A stretch of 64,000 bases of DNA. Origin: an uncultured Candidatus Sumerlaeota bacterium. Its GTDB lineage: Bacteria > Sumerlaeota > Sumerlaeia > MVZB01 > JAJFLK01. A program made the position numbers and the translations under genes. Positions 43,040-50,838 of this stretch are shown here, piece after piece (position 1 is the first letter of the stretch; each line of letters begins with the position of its first letter). The stretch spans positions 152,423 to 216,422 of the forward strand of contig CAZRCZ010000003.1 of assembly GCA_964598765.1 (NCBI GenBank), written 5' to 3'. The notes under the pieces are model-generated. The model made no database searches and had not been told where the DNA came from. It worked only from the letters and a program-made list of their open reading frames with translations.

Positions 43040-44323
43040 TTACGCGCTCGCGTATCGTCGCGAGGCGTAGAACAAGAGCGCGACGGCGATCATCGGCGCG
43101 ACGCAAAGCGAGGACATGACTTTACCCAGCGCGACGCCGTGATCGGGCAATTGCGCCATGCCGTAATGCAAAATGGCCGTCGCGCCCCAGATGCCGCCGA
43201 GCATGAGCGAAGTCCGTAGTCCGACCGTCAATCCACGCGATCCGCGGGCGAGCGATGTCATCACGGGCAACGTCGCGCCCGCCGTCGTTCCCGCCAGCGC
43301 GATCATCGCCAGCTTGGCCGGAGCCGAAGGGAAATAGAAGAATCCCGCGAACGGAAAAATCGAAAGCGCCTGAACGATCATCACGATCCGGAACGGATTG
43401 CGCCGATCCGCCAGATGCGCGTAGAAGTAGGAAAAAATTCCGCCGATGACGCCGAAGATGAAACAAGCGTCACCCCCTAATCCCTCCGACTGATAGAGAA
43501 CCTTGAAGAATTTCGGCGTGAAGAACATGACCGTTCCCCCTTCGAACGCCATGAGAAATCCGGCCATCCAAATCAACCCGAACGGAATTCGAGGATCATT
43601 GTTTGACTTGGAAGCGTGTTCACCGTTTGCGCCATTCTTGGGCGGATGAATGAACGCGAGGTAAGGGGCAAGTTCGACTGTTTGAATTCCGCGAATGAGC
43701 AAGGCGGCGACGGTGACGAACGCTCCGAGATAGAGCCAATGAAATCCGCCGAATTGCAAATTTTCCATCCAATGTCCGGAAACCATCGCGCCGGAGGAGA
43801 CGCCCAAGAATCCGAATGAAATGAAGATGGCGGTCGAGAGAGAAGGGCGGCGCGGAAGCGCAAGCTGAGCCAAAATATAAGAGAAGGGATGAAACGCGCC
43901 GTTGGCGACGCCCGCCATACAAAACAAAATTTTGGCCTGCCAAGGGTGCGTCGTCCAACCGACCATAAACGTCAGCGCGCAGAAAAAAGGGCAAACGAGC
44001 AACATCACGGCGGTCCGCGTCCGCTCCATCACCCATCCGGCGACCGGTTGGGTAAAGTTGCTCACGAGGCTTGTCAGGATCAAAATTCCTGCGATGCCGC
44101 CGAGCGTCAAATTGAATTTCCGCTCCATCGCCGGGATCATCGGCGCGGCAATTCCTATGCAGAAATCGTTGAAGAAATGCGAAAGCGAAAGCGCGGCCAG
44201 CAGGGCGTAGTCGTTCGGCTTTTCAAAAATATCGAGCACCCGCGCGGACGAAATATACGCGGCGTGGGCGGATTCAACAGCGGAGATGGCTCCTTGCTCT
44301 GCGATTTGCGGAGAGGTGTTCAT
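43040..44323 (-). CDS. MFS transporter
   Basis: About 12 TM helices. ATG at 44323 overlaps the upstream gene's TGA (ATGA). The ORF is open to 44458. Confidence 0.75.
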   Translation of the reverse strand: MNTSPQIAEQGAISAVESAHAAYISSARVLDIFEKPNDYALLAALSLSHFFNDFCIGIAAPMIPAMERKFNLTLGGIAGILILTSLVSNFTQPVAGWVMERTRTAVMLLVCPFFCALTFMVGWTTHPWQAKILFCMAGVANGAFHPFSYILAQLALPRRPSLSTAIFISFGFLGVSSGAMVSGHWMENLQFGGFHWLYLGAFVTVAALLIRGIQTVELAPYLAFIHPPKNGANGEHASKSNNDPRIPFGLIWMAGFLMAFEGGTVMFFTPKFFKVLYQSEGLGGDACFIFGVIGGIFSYFYAHLADRRNPFRIVMIVQALSIFPFAGFFYFPSAPAKLAMIALAGTTAGATLPVMTSLARGSRGLTVGLRTSLMLGGIWGATAILHYGMAQLPDHGVALGKVMSSLCVAPMIAVALLFYASRRYASA

Positions 44324-45222
44324 CGTCCGTTGGACAGAGCCGGCAAGCCCGCGCGAACCGCTTCGTATTCCGCCACCATGCGGTCCACCAACTCTTTGCA
44401 GGTGGGAACGTCCCTGATCAGGCCGACACCTTGTCCCGCGCTCCAAATTTCCTTCCATCGCCGCGTCTTGGCTTCCTCCGGCGTGGTCACGTCGCCGGGA
44501 ATGCTCTTGCGGATGTAGTTGCCTTTGATCCCGCTCACGCGGTCCGTGTATTCGATGTCTTCAGGACTCGATTCGAGGATCGCTTCCTTGAACTCCGGCT
44601 TGGCGGGAGATTCCCGCGTGGCGATGAATCGCGTGCCGATATAGGCGGCGTCCAGACCGAGCGATAGTGCCGCCGCCAATCCGCGCCCGTCGGAAATTGC
44701 TCCGGCGGCCAAGACCGGAACGCCGAACTCTTTCTTCAACCATGGACCCAGCACGAAGGGGGTAATCTGCCCCGCGTGTCCGCCCGCTCCATACGCGACG
44801 GCGACCAAACCATCCACTCCCGCCTTGGCGACTTTCGTCGCGTGGCGCAGATTGATGACGTCGCTGAAAACACGGGTCTTGGTCCCGCGCGACGCCTTGA
44901 TGATTTCGCTCGGATCGCCGAGGCTCGTGATGATGAGCGCGACTTCCTCCTCGAAGATCGTCCGCACGTCGTCCGCAAGGCGGTCGTTGAGCTTCAGAGG
45001 AAGATTGACTCCGAACGGCTTCCTTGTTCGGCTTTTGATTTCCTTGATCGCCTTGACGAAATCCTCGTGCGTGCGGAAATTCGGCGAGGGAAACGTCCCC
45101 AGCGCACCGGCCTGCGACGCGGCGACGACCAAATCGGGAAACGACACCAAAAACATCGGCGCGCAGACGATGGGGTAGTCAATCCCCATCATTTCGGTGA
45201 ATTGGGTTTTGATTTTGGGCAT
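44320..45222 (-). CDS. NAD(P)H-dependent flavin oxidoreductase (nitronate monooxygenase / FabK-like)
   Basis: 'MGIDYPIVCAPMFLVSFPDLVVAASQAGALGTF' and 'VLAAGAISDGRGLAAALSLGLDAAYIGTRF'. ATG at 45222. Confidence 0.8.
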   Translation of the reverse strand: MPKIKTQFTEMMGIDYPIVCAPMFLVSFPDLVVAASQAGALGTFPSPNFRTHEDFVKAIKEIKSRTRKPFGVNLPLKLNDRLADDVRTIFEEEVALIITSLGDPSEIIKASRGTKTRVFSDVINLRHATKVAKAGVDGLVAVAYGAGGHAGQITPFVLGPWLKKEFGVPVLAAGAISDGRGLAAALSLGLDAAYIGTRFIATRESPAKPEFKEAILESSPEDIEYTDRVSGIKGNYIRKSIPGDVTTPEEAKTRRWKEIWSAGQGVGLIRDVPTCKELVDRMVAEYEAVRAGLPALSNGR

Positions 45223-45590
45223 GGTGATCGGTTCCTCGTTTCTTTCCCGCAGGCACTTGAATATTCGCCAGTTTATCCTTGAACTTTTATTGATAATGGT
45301 CAAGGGCGAGAAAAAAAAAGTCAGTTTAACCCCCGAGGCGCCAAAAACGCCGAGCAACAAGCCACTGATTTCACGGATTGCGCAGATGAATTCCGAGCTT
45401 TCGCACCTTTGGTTTTCTCCCCCTCCCAGTAACTTGTCGTTCTTGGCGTCATGACGGCTCAATTTCAAGAGGTTGTTTTGAACTGGCGGCGGATCACCCG
45501 ATCAGGTAAATTGAAAAGTGGATCGAAACGCGCGGGAGGCAATTCCCGCAACCGCATCGGCGGAGATTTGACGGCGAAAAGGAGATGGTC

Positions 45591-46157
45591 ATGGCGGAAA
45601 CGCTTTCCCAAAAAGTCGCGGTGTTCGTGGAACCAACCCCCAATCCGAACAGTTTGAAATTCATCATCGGTCGCGAGATCGTTCCCGACGGATCGTATGA
45701 ATTCGCCAACGCCGCCGAGGCCGCCGATTCCTTTCTGGCGGCGAGTTTGTTCGGCGTCAAAGGGGTCGAAGGGGTGTTCATCGGCAGGGATTTCGTCACG
45801 GTCCGCAAAACCGCCGACGCCGATTGGGACGAAATCGAATCGAAGGCGATTCAGATCATTGAGGATGGCATTTCCTCCTCTAGACCGGTGGTGAAGGAGA
45901 GAAAAGCGCAGGGGGGTGGCGATGCCTCCGGCGTCGAATCGCGGATCCGCAAAATTTTGGACGAGGAAATCCGTCCCGCCGTGGCATCCGACGGCGGCGA
46001 CGTGGTCTTTCAGGGTTACAATGACGGCGTTCTCACACTGCGCTTGGTCGGCTCGTGCAGTGGTTGTCCCAGCTCGACGATGACGCTCAAGATGGGGATC
46101 GAGCGGCGCCTCCGCGAAGACGTGCCGGAGCTAAGAGAAGTCGTCTCGATGATGTGA
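45591..46157 (+). CDS. Nfu/NifU-like Fe-S cluster scaffold/carrier (Nfu_N + NifU C-terminal domain)
   Basis: 'VEPTPNPNSLKF' (Nfu_N) and 'LVGSCSGCPSSTMTLK' (CxxC). ATG at 45591 is 6 nt after 'aaggag'. An alternative ATG lies at 45585. Confidence 0.85.
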   Translation: MAETLSQKVAVFVEPTPNPNSLKFIIGREIVPDGSYEFANAAEAADSFLAASLFGVKGVEGVFIGRDFVTVRKTADADWDEIESKAIQIIEDGISSSRPVVKERKAQGGGDASGVESRIRKILDEEIRPAVASDGGDVVFQGYNDGVLTLRLVGSCSGCPSSTMTLKMGIERRLREDVPELREVVSMM

Positions 46158-46224
46158 CGGGGCGACCAAGCGGATTGCTCGGCGCGCCGCAACCATTGAT
46201 CCGCGACCTCGCGGTTTTCCAAAT

Positions 46225-47412
46225 ATGAAATCACTTCTCCTGCTTTCATTTGTCGAGTGGGGGAGCGGTTTCCAGCGTCCCCAACACATGGCGGTCGGGT
46301 TCGCCCGTCGCGGCTGGCGCGTCGTCTATGCTTCGCCCGGACATCTTCATCGCAAGCGGCGACGAACGCCGAGCGGGCTTGATCTGCCTCCCAATCTCGA
46401 AGTGATGGAGCCTCCCGCGCTTCCGGGCGCGCGACATTCCAATTTGATCATGGGGATCAATCAGAAGATCATGGGGCTTGCGCTCAATCCTCACGCGGAT
46501 CGGATGATGAAATTCAACTGGCAACTTTTTGGCCGGGCGCAGGATGGAGACGACCGCCAGCCGTGGGACGCGCTGATTTTCAACAATCCGATGTGGAGTC
46601 CGATGATCCGGCACATGCCCGCGCATCTGAAAATCTTAGACGCCATGGACGATCTCTCGCCGACCGTCCGCGATCCGGGGCAAATTGATAATCTGGAACA
46701 CATGGCTTTGGAGTTCGTGGATGGCGTTTGGACGGGAGCTTCAGCCATGGCCGAGCGGTTCAGCGGCAAACATCGCAAGGTGCGGTTTATCCCGTGCGGC
46801 GTGGACGCGGAGCGATTCGCGCATCCGAACGCCGCGGAAGTGGCCAAGGTGAAGGAAGAATTGCGCGCGATTTTCGGCGACGAGAAAAATTCGGACGATA
46901 AACAATCTCCGCCGCTGGCGGGGTTCTTCGGCGTTATCAATGAACGCTTCAATCCCGATTTGCTCAATCCGTTGCTCGACGCAGGCTGGCGCGTCATTCT
47001 GATCGGCCCCTCCTCCCATTTTGTCACTTGGCGTTTGTCCCGGTCGCATTCGTTACGGTTCTTGGGTCCCCGGCCTTACGCCTCGTTGCCCGCTTATCTC
47101 GCCTGTCTGGATTTGGCGTTGATTCCTTATCACGTCGAGGGCGCGCATCGGTTCTTGAATCCGGTCAAGGCGTTGGAATATCTCGCCGGAGGCAAACCGG
47201 TTCTCTCTTCGGCCTTGCCCGAAATTGAAAAATTTCTTGGCGAGTATGTTTTGATCGGGCGAACGCCGGAGGATTGGAGCCGCATCGCGCGGGAGTGGCC
47301 CGCGGTCTGTGATCAAACGCGGCAACAGGCGCTTCGGGGACAAATTTTCGCGCGGGCGCGGAGTTGGGACGCCATGGTGGATGAAATGAGTGAGGATTTG
47401 GTAGGCGTCTGA
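46225..47412 (+). CDS. Glycosyltransferase (GT-B fold, family-1-like)
   Basis: N-terminal 'LLLLSFVEWGSGFQRPQHMAVGFARRGWRVVY' and C-terminal 'FLNPVKALEYLAGGKPVL', a GT1-type E-x7-E-like region. Confidence 0.55.
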   Translation: MKSLLLLSFVEWGSGFQRPQHMAVGFARRGWRVVYASPGHLHRKRRRTPSGLDLPPNLEVMEPPALPGARHSNLIMGINQKIMGLALNPHADRMMKFNWQLFGRAQDGDDRQPWDALIFNNPMWSPMIRHMPAHLKILDAMDDLSPTVRDPGQIDNLEHMALEFVDGVWTGASAMAERFSGKHRKVRFIPCGVDAERFAHPNAAEVAKVKEELRAIFGDEKNSDDKQSPPLAGFFGVINERFNPDLLNPLLDAGWRVILIGPSSHFVTWRLSRSHSLRFLGPRPYASLPAYLACLDLALIPYHVEGAHRFLNPVKALEYLAGGKPVLSSALPEIEKFLGEYVLIGRTPEDWSRIAREWPAVCDQTRQQALRGQIFARARSWDAMVDEMSEDLVGV

Positions 47413-47486
47413 TTCCAATTTGCATATGTCCCGATGATCTACACGGATATTTCTTGCTCTTAAATCTTGCTCTTGCTCTTTTGCTG

Positions 47487-48689
47487 ATGCCCCTTCGCGT
47501 ATTTCACCTTCTTGACGGTCGCCATTTCGGCGGATGCGAGCAAATGGTTCGTCGTCTGGCGATGGCGTCGAAGCGCATCGGCGTCGAAGCATCGGTTTAT
47601 TGTCTCGCAGAAGGAAGGTTGAGCGATTGTCTCCGGCACGATGGCGTTGCCGTCCGCGTTTTTCCCTCGACCGGAAAATATGATCTTCGCCCGTTTAAGG
47701 GCATGGCGCGTGCGTTGATTGAAGACAAAGCGCAAATTATCCAAGCCCACACCAGCCGAACGCATTTGTTTGCCCGCATCCTTTCGCGGCGCGTCGGAAT
47801 CCCCAACATCACGACGATCCATTCTCCCATTGCGCAGGATGAAAACCAATCGTTGCGCCGCCATCCGCTCCGCGCATGGATTGAGCGCCTCGGACGACGC
47901 TGGACTGATCACATATGTCCCGTGAGCAAGGAGGAGACCGAACGATTGATCGGAGAGGAGAAGGTCCCGCCGGAAAAAATTGCCTGGATTCCCAACGGCG
48001 TCGAAGCGATTGCCGAGTCGGAATTGAAGCGGAAAGGACGAGACGAAGCAATCTTGCAAATTCTAAGTAAAAAGAATCTCCCGAGCGACGCCTTCGTCGC
48101 CGCTATGATCGCGTCGCATCGTCCGCGCAAGGGGACCGACGTTCTGATCCGCGCCTTCGTCCGATTCGCCGCCGAAGAGAAGCACGCGCTCCTTCTCATC
48201 ATCGGCGACGATGAATTCGCCCGTCCGCGAAATTATTTGTCCCAACTTCAAGACCTCAGCCGACAATTGGGAACCGGGAACCGAACGTATTTTGCCGGAT
48301 TTCAGGATGATCCTTGGGCGCTGGGCCGCGACGCCGACGTCATTGTTCAGCCCAGTCTTTTTGGCGAGGGGCTTCCTCTTGCGTTGCTTGAAGCAATGAA
48401 CCGCGGCTTGCCGATCTTCGCTTCATACGTTCCGGGCAATCGGGAGTGCGTAGAGAATAACGTCAATGGCTGGCTTCACCCGGCCGGGGACGCCGACGAA
48501 TTAGCGAGTCAACTCCTCCGAGTCTCGCGGGTCCGAAACTCGATGGTTCAAATGGGCAGGAAGGGGCGCGAGATTTTTCTCGAACGATACGAACTCACCC
48601 GAATCCTAAATCAATGGAAATCGCTTTACGAAAAGCTGACCGAGCCAAATTCACCACCAAGACACCAAGTCGCCAAGAAGACGAAGTAA
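47487..48689 (+). CDS. Glycosyltransferase family 4 (GT-B)
   Basis: 'PSLFGEGLPLALLEAMNRGLPIFASYVPGNRECVENNVNGWL'. ATG at 47487 ('MPLRVFHLL'). The upstream in-frame codons belong to a repeat arm, and the last 13 codons also lie in a repeat arm. Confidence 0.8.
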   Translation: MPLRVFHLLDGRHFGGCEQMVRRLAMASKRIGVEASVYCLAEGRLSDCLRHDGVAVRVFPSTGKYDLRPFKGMARALIEDKAQIIQAHTSRTHLFARILSRRVGIPNITTIHSPIAQDENQSLRRHPLRAWIERLGRRWTDHICPVSKEETERLIGEEKVPPEKIAWIPNGVEAIAESELKRKGRDEAILQILSKKNLPSDAFVAAMIASHRPRKGTDVLIRAFVRFAAEEKHALLLIIGDDEFARPRNYLSQLQDLSRQLGTGNRTYFAGFQDDPWALGRDADVIVQPSLFGEGLPLALLEAMNRGLPIFASYVPGNRECVENNVNGWLHPAGDADELASQLLRVSRVRNSMVQMGRKGREIFLERYELTRILNQWKSLYEKLTEPNSPPRHQVAKKTK

Positions 48690-48757
48690 ATCTGGTTTTG
48701 CTGTAGATTGCGTCGCATTTTATTCCTTGGTGTCGTGGTGCCTTGGTGGTGAAAAAT
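48647..48757. repeat. Octamer-hairpin repeat ('caccaaga' type) overlapping the 3' end of the GT4 gene
   Basis: 'aaattcaccaccaagacaccaagtcgccaaga' faces 'ccttggtgtcgtggtgccttggtggtgaaaaat'. Confidence 0.9.
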
Positions 48758-48817
48758 CCAAAAATCGTAATCCTCTCGCCTTTTGAATGAGCTTGTGTAA
48801 AAAGTTGGAACAGCAAG

Positions 48818-49912
48818 ATGCAGACCTATCAAGCCACCGTCCAAGGTCATTGGCCGATTTTCTTTGGCCGCGATTCGCGGGAATTGCTCCTTGAGGAGAT
48901 CGAAAAACTCGCGCCGGATCGCGTATTTATTCTGACCGATCACACCGTCGAATCGCTTCATGCCGAGGCGATCAAGGAGAATATCCCGCACGCCGTGCCG
49001 CATGAGGTCGTTGTATTCAATGAAGGCGAGGAAAATAAAAATCTCGCGACGCTGGAGCACGTCGCGGGGGATCTGATCCGCGCAGGAGTTTCCGACGGCT
49101 CGTTGATTCTGAACGTGGGCGGAGGCGTGGTCTTGAACATGGGAGGATTGGTCACCTCCTTGCTTGGACGTGGCGTCCGGTTCGCCCAAATTCCGACGAC
49201 CTTCGCGGCCCAATGGGGATCGGTCAACACCAACCGTCAGGCGATCCATTTTGTCGGGGTGAAAAACTCGCTCGGGCTTTATCGCTCCCCCGTTTTCTCT
49301 GTAATTGATCCATATTTTCTGGAGACCGAGCCGGAACAGCAAGTTTTGGCAGGATTGGTGGAGTTCGTCCAATGCGCGCTCGTCTTGGGAGGATCAATCT
49401 TTGAGGCGGCCAAAGGCACTCTGTCGGGCAAAGACCCGCATCTTCCCCCCGGATTGGATTCAACCTTGCAGATTTGTCTGGAGCAGTCGCTGGCGATGGG
49501 GAAGGAGGATCCGGAGGAAAGGCGAGCTGAACGACTGGACGCCTACGGTTACACGTTGGGGCGCGCGCTTGAGGTTTTGAGCGACGGAAGAGTCACCCCA
49601 AATGAGGCGCGATACTATGGGATGAAGACTGCGGCGGAACTGGCGCGAATACGGGGTGTGATGAACGAAACGGAATATCAACGCCACGCCTCCTTGATGA
49701 AGTTACTCAAGCTCCAAGCGCAATTTCCCCCGCACGTCCGCACCGACCGCCTGATTCATCAGCTTCACGGCAACAACAAGACGGAGACCGATGGGTTGAA
49801 ATTCATGTTGCTTGAGGCGGTCGGCGTTCCCTCCCGCGACAACGGGGGTTGGGTCGAGGTCCGCGACGCCGAAATCGCGCAGGCCGTCGAAAAGGTCCGC
49901 GCCGATGCTTAG
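48818..49912 (+). CDS. 3-dehydroquinate-synthase-fold (sugar phosphate cyclase superfamily) protein, divergent
   Basis: 'VFILTDHTV', 'ILNVGGGVVLNMGGLV', 'FAQIPTTFAAQ' and 'AGLVEFVQCAL' align by eye to DHQS blocks. The canonical 'GHTFGHA' block reads 'GYTLGRA' here. Confidence 0.65.
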   Translation: MQTYQATVQGHWPIFFGRDSRELLLEEIEKLAPDRVFILTDHTVESLHAEAIKENIPHAVPHEVVVFNEGEENKNLATLEHVAGDLIRAGVSDGSLILNVGGGVVLNMGGLVTSLLGRGVRFAQIPTTFAAQWGSVNTNRQAIHFVGVKNSLGLYRSPVFSVIDPYFLETEPEQQVLAGLVEFVQCALVLGGSIFEAAKGTLSGKDPHLPPGLDSTLQICLEQSLAMGKEDPEERRAERLDAYGYTLGRALEVLSDGRVTPNEARYYGMKTAAELARIRGVMNETEYQRHASLMKLLKLQAQFPPHVRTDRLIHQLHGNNKTETDGLKFMLLEAVGVPSRDNGGWVEVRDAEIAQAVEKVRADA

Positions 49913-50717
49913 CTACAGCACGCTGGGTCTTCCCGAATGGCCGCTGGAGGACCTTTGCGTTCTCCTAAAACAATTCGGATACGAGGGAATGGAGATCGCG
50001 CTCGGTAAGGATCATATTCGGCGACCGGGGGATGCGGATTTCTGGCGGCGCGTCGGCGAAGCGGCAACTCAAGCGGGAATCGCGATTACGAATCTTCATC
50101 TGGGAAATCCCCGGATTTACGACGATCCGAACGAGCCGCGTCTTCTCAGCCGCGATTCCAAAAAACTCCAAGTCCAAAAGAATCTGATATTCTCCGCCTT
50201 TGAAATTGCCCATCGTCTTGAATGCCCGCTTGTGACCGCCGCCTGCGGTCCGGCGGAATCGGACATGAGCGAATCCTTGGCATGGAATCAACTGGTTGAT
50301 GTGTCAAGTACCATTCTGGCGCGGCGTCCCGCCCGGTGCGATTTTCTCCTCGAACACGAACCGGAGCATTTTTTCCGGACTTCCGATCAGATCTCGCGTC
50401 TGCACGGGCAAACCGACGGCGGGGTTTATTCCAATTTGGACGTGGGACATTTGCAAGTCGTCGGCGAACCGATCGGTGCGGCAATCCGAAAATTGGGGCC
50501 GATCGTTAAAAACATTCATTTGGAAGACATCAAGGATCGGCGTCATCGCCATCTCATTCCGGGCGAAGGAGACATAGATTTCGTCGAGGTTGGTCAAGCC
50601 TTGGCGGACATTGATTATTCCGGCCCGCTGACGGCGGATCTGTATCCATACGCCGCCGCGCCAATTCCCGCGTTGATCAAGGCCAAGGAATCCTTTTCGA
50701 ATCTCTTGAAACGATAA
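49905..50717 (+). CDS. Xylose-isomerase-like TIM-barrel protein (sugar phosphate isomerase/epimerase family)
   Basis: 'LKQFGYEGMEIAL', 'LLEHEPEHF', 'NLDVGHLQV' and 'HLEDIKDRRHRHLIPGEGDIDF'. ATG at 49905 overlaps the upstream stop by 8 nt. Confidence 0.75.
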   Translation: MLSYSTLGLPEWPLEDLCVLLKQFGYEGMEIALGKDHIRRPGDADFWRRVGEAATQAGIAITNLHLGNPRIYDDPNEPRLLSRDSKKLQVQKNLIFSAFEIAHRLECPLVTAACGPAESDMSESLAWNQLVDVSSTILARRPARCDFLLEHEPEHFFRTSDQISRLHGQTDGGVYSNLDVGHLQVVGEPIGAAIRKLGPIVKNIHLEDIKDRRHRHLIPGEGDIDFVEVGQALADIDYSGPLTADLYPYAAAPIPALIKAKESFSNLLKR

Positions 50718-50727
50718 TGAAATTCAA

Positions 50728-50817
50728 GAATTACACCACCATGACACCAAGTCACCAAGAAGAAAAGAGTGGGACTTCAGCGCGCGTCGGACTTCCTTGG
50801 TGTCTTGGTGGTGTAAT
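50728..50817. repeat. Octamer-hairpin repeat ('caccaaga' type)
   Basis: 'gaattacaccaccatgacaccaagtcaccaaga' faces 'cttccttggtgtcttggtggtgtaat'. Confidence 0.9.
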
Positions 50818-50838
50818 AACCCATGGAAAGATAGGCTT

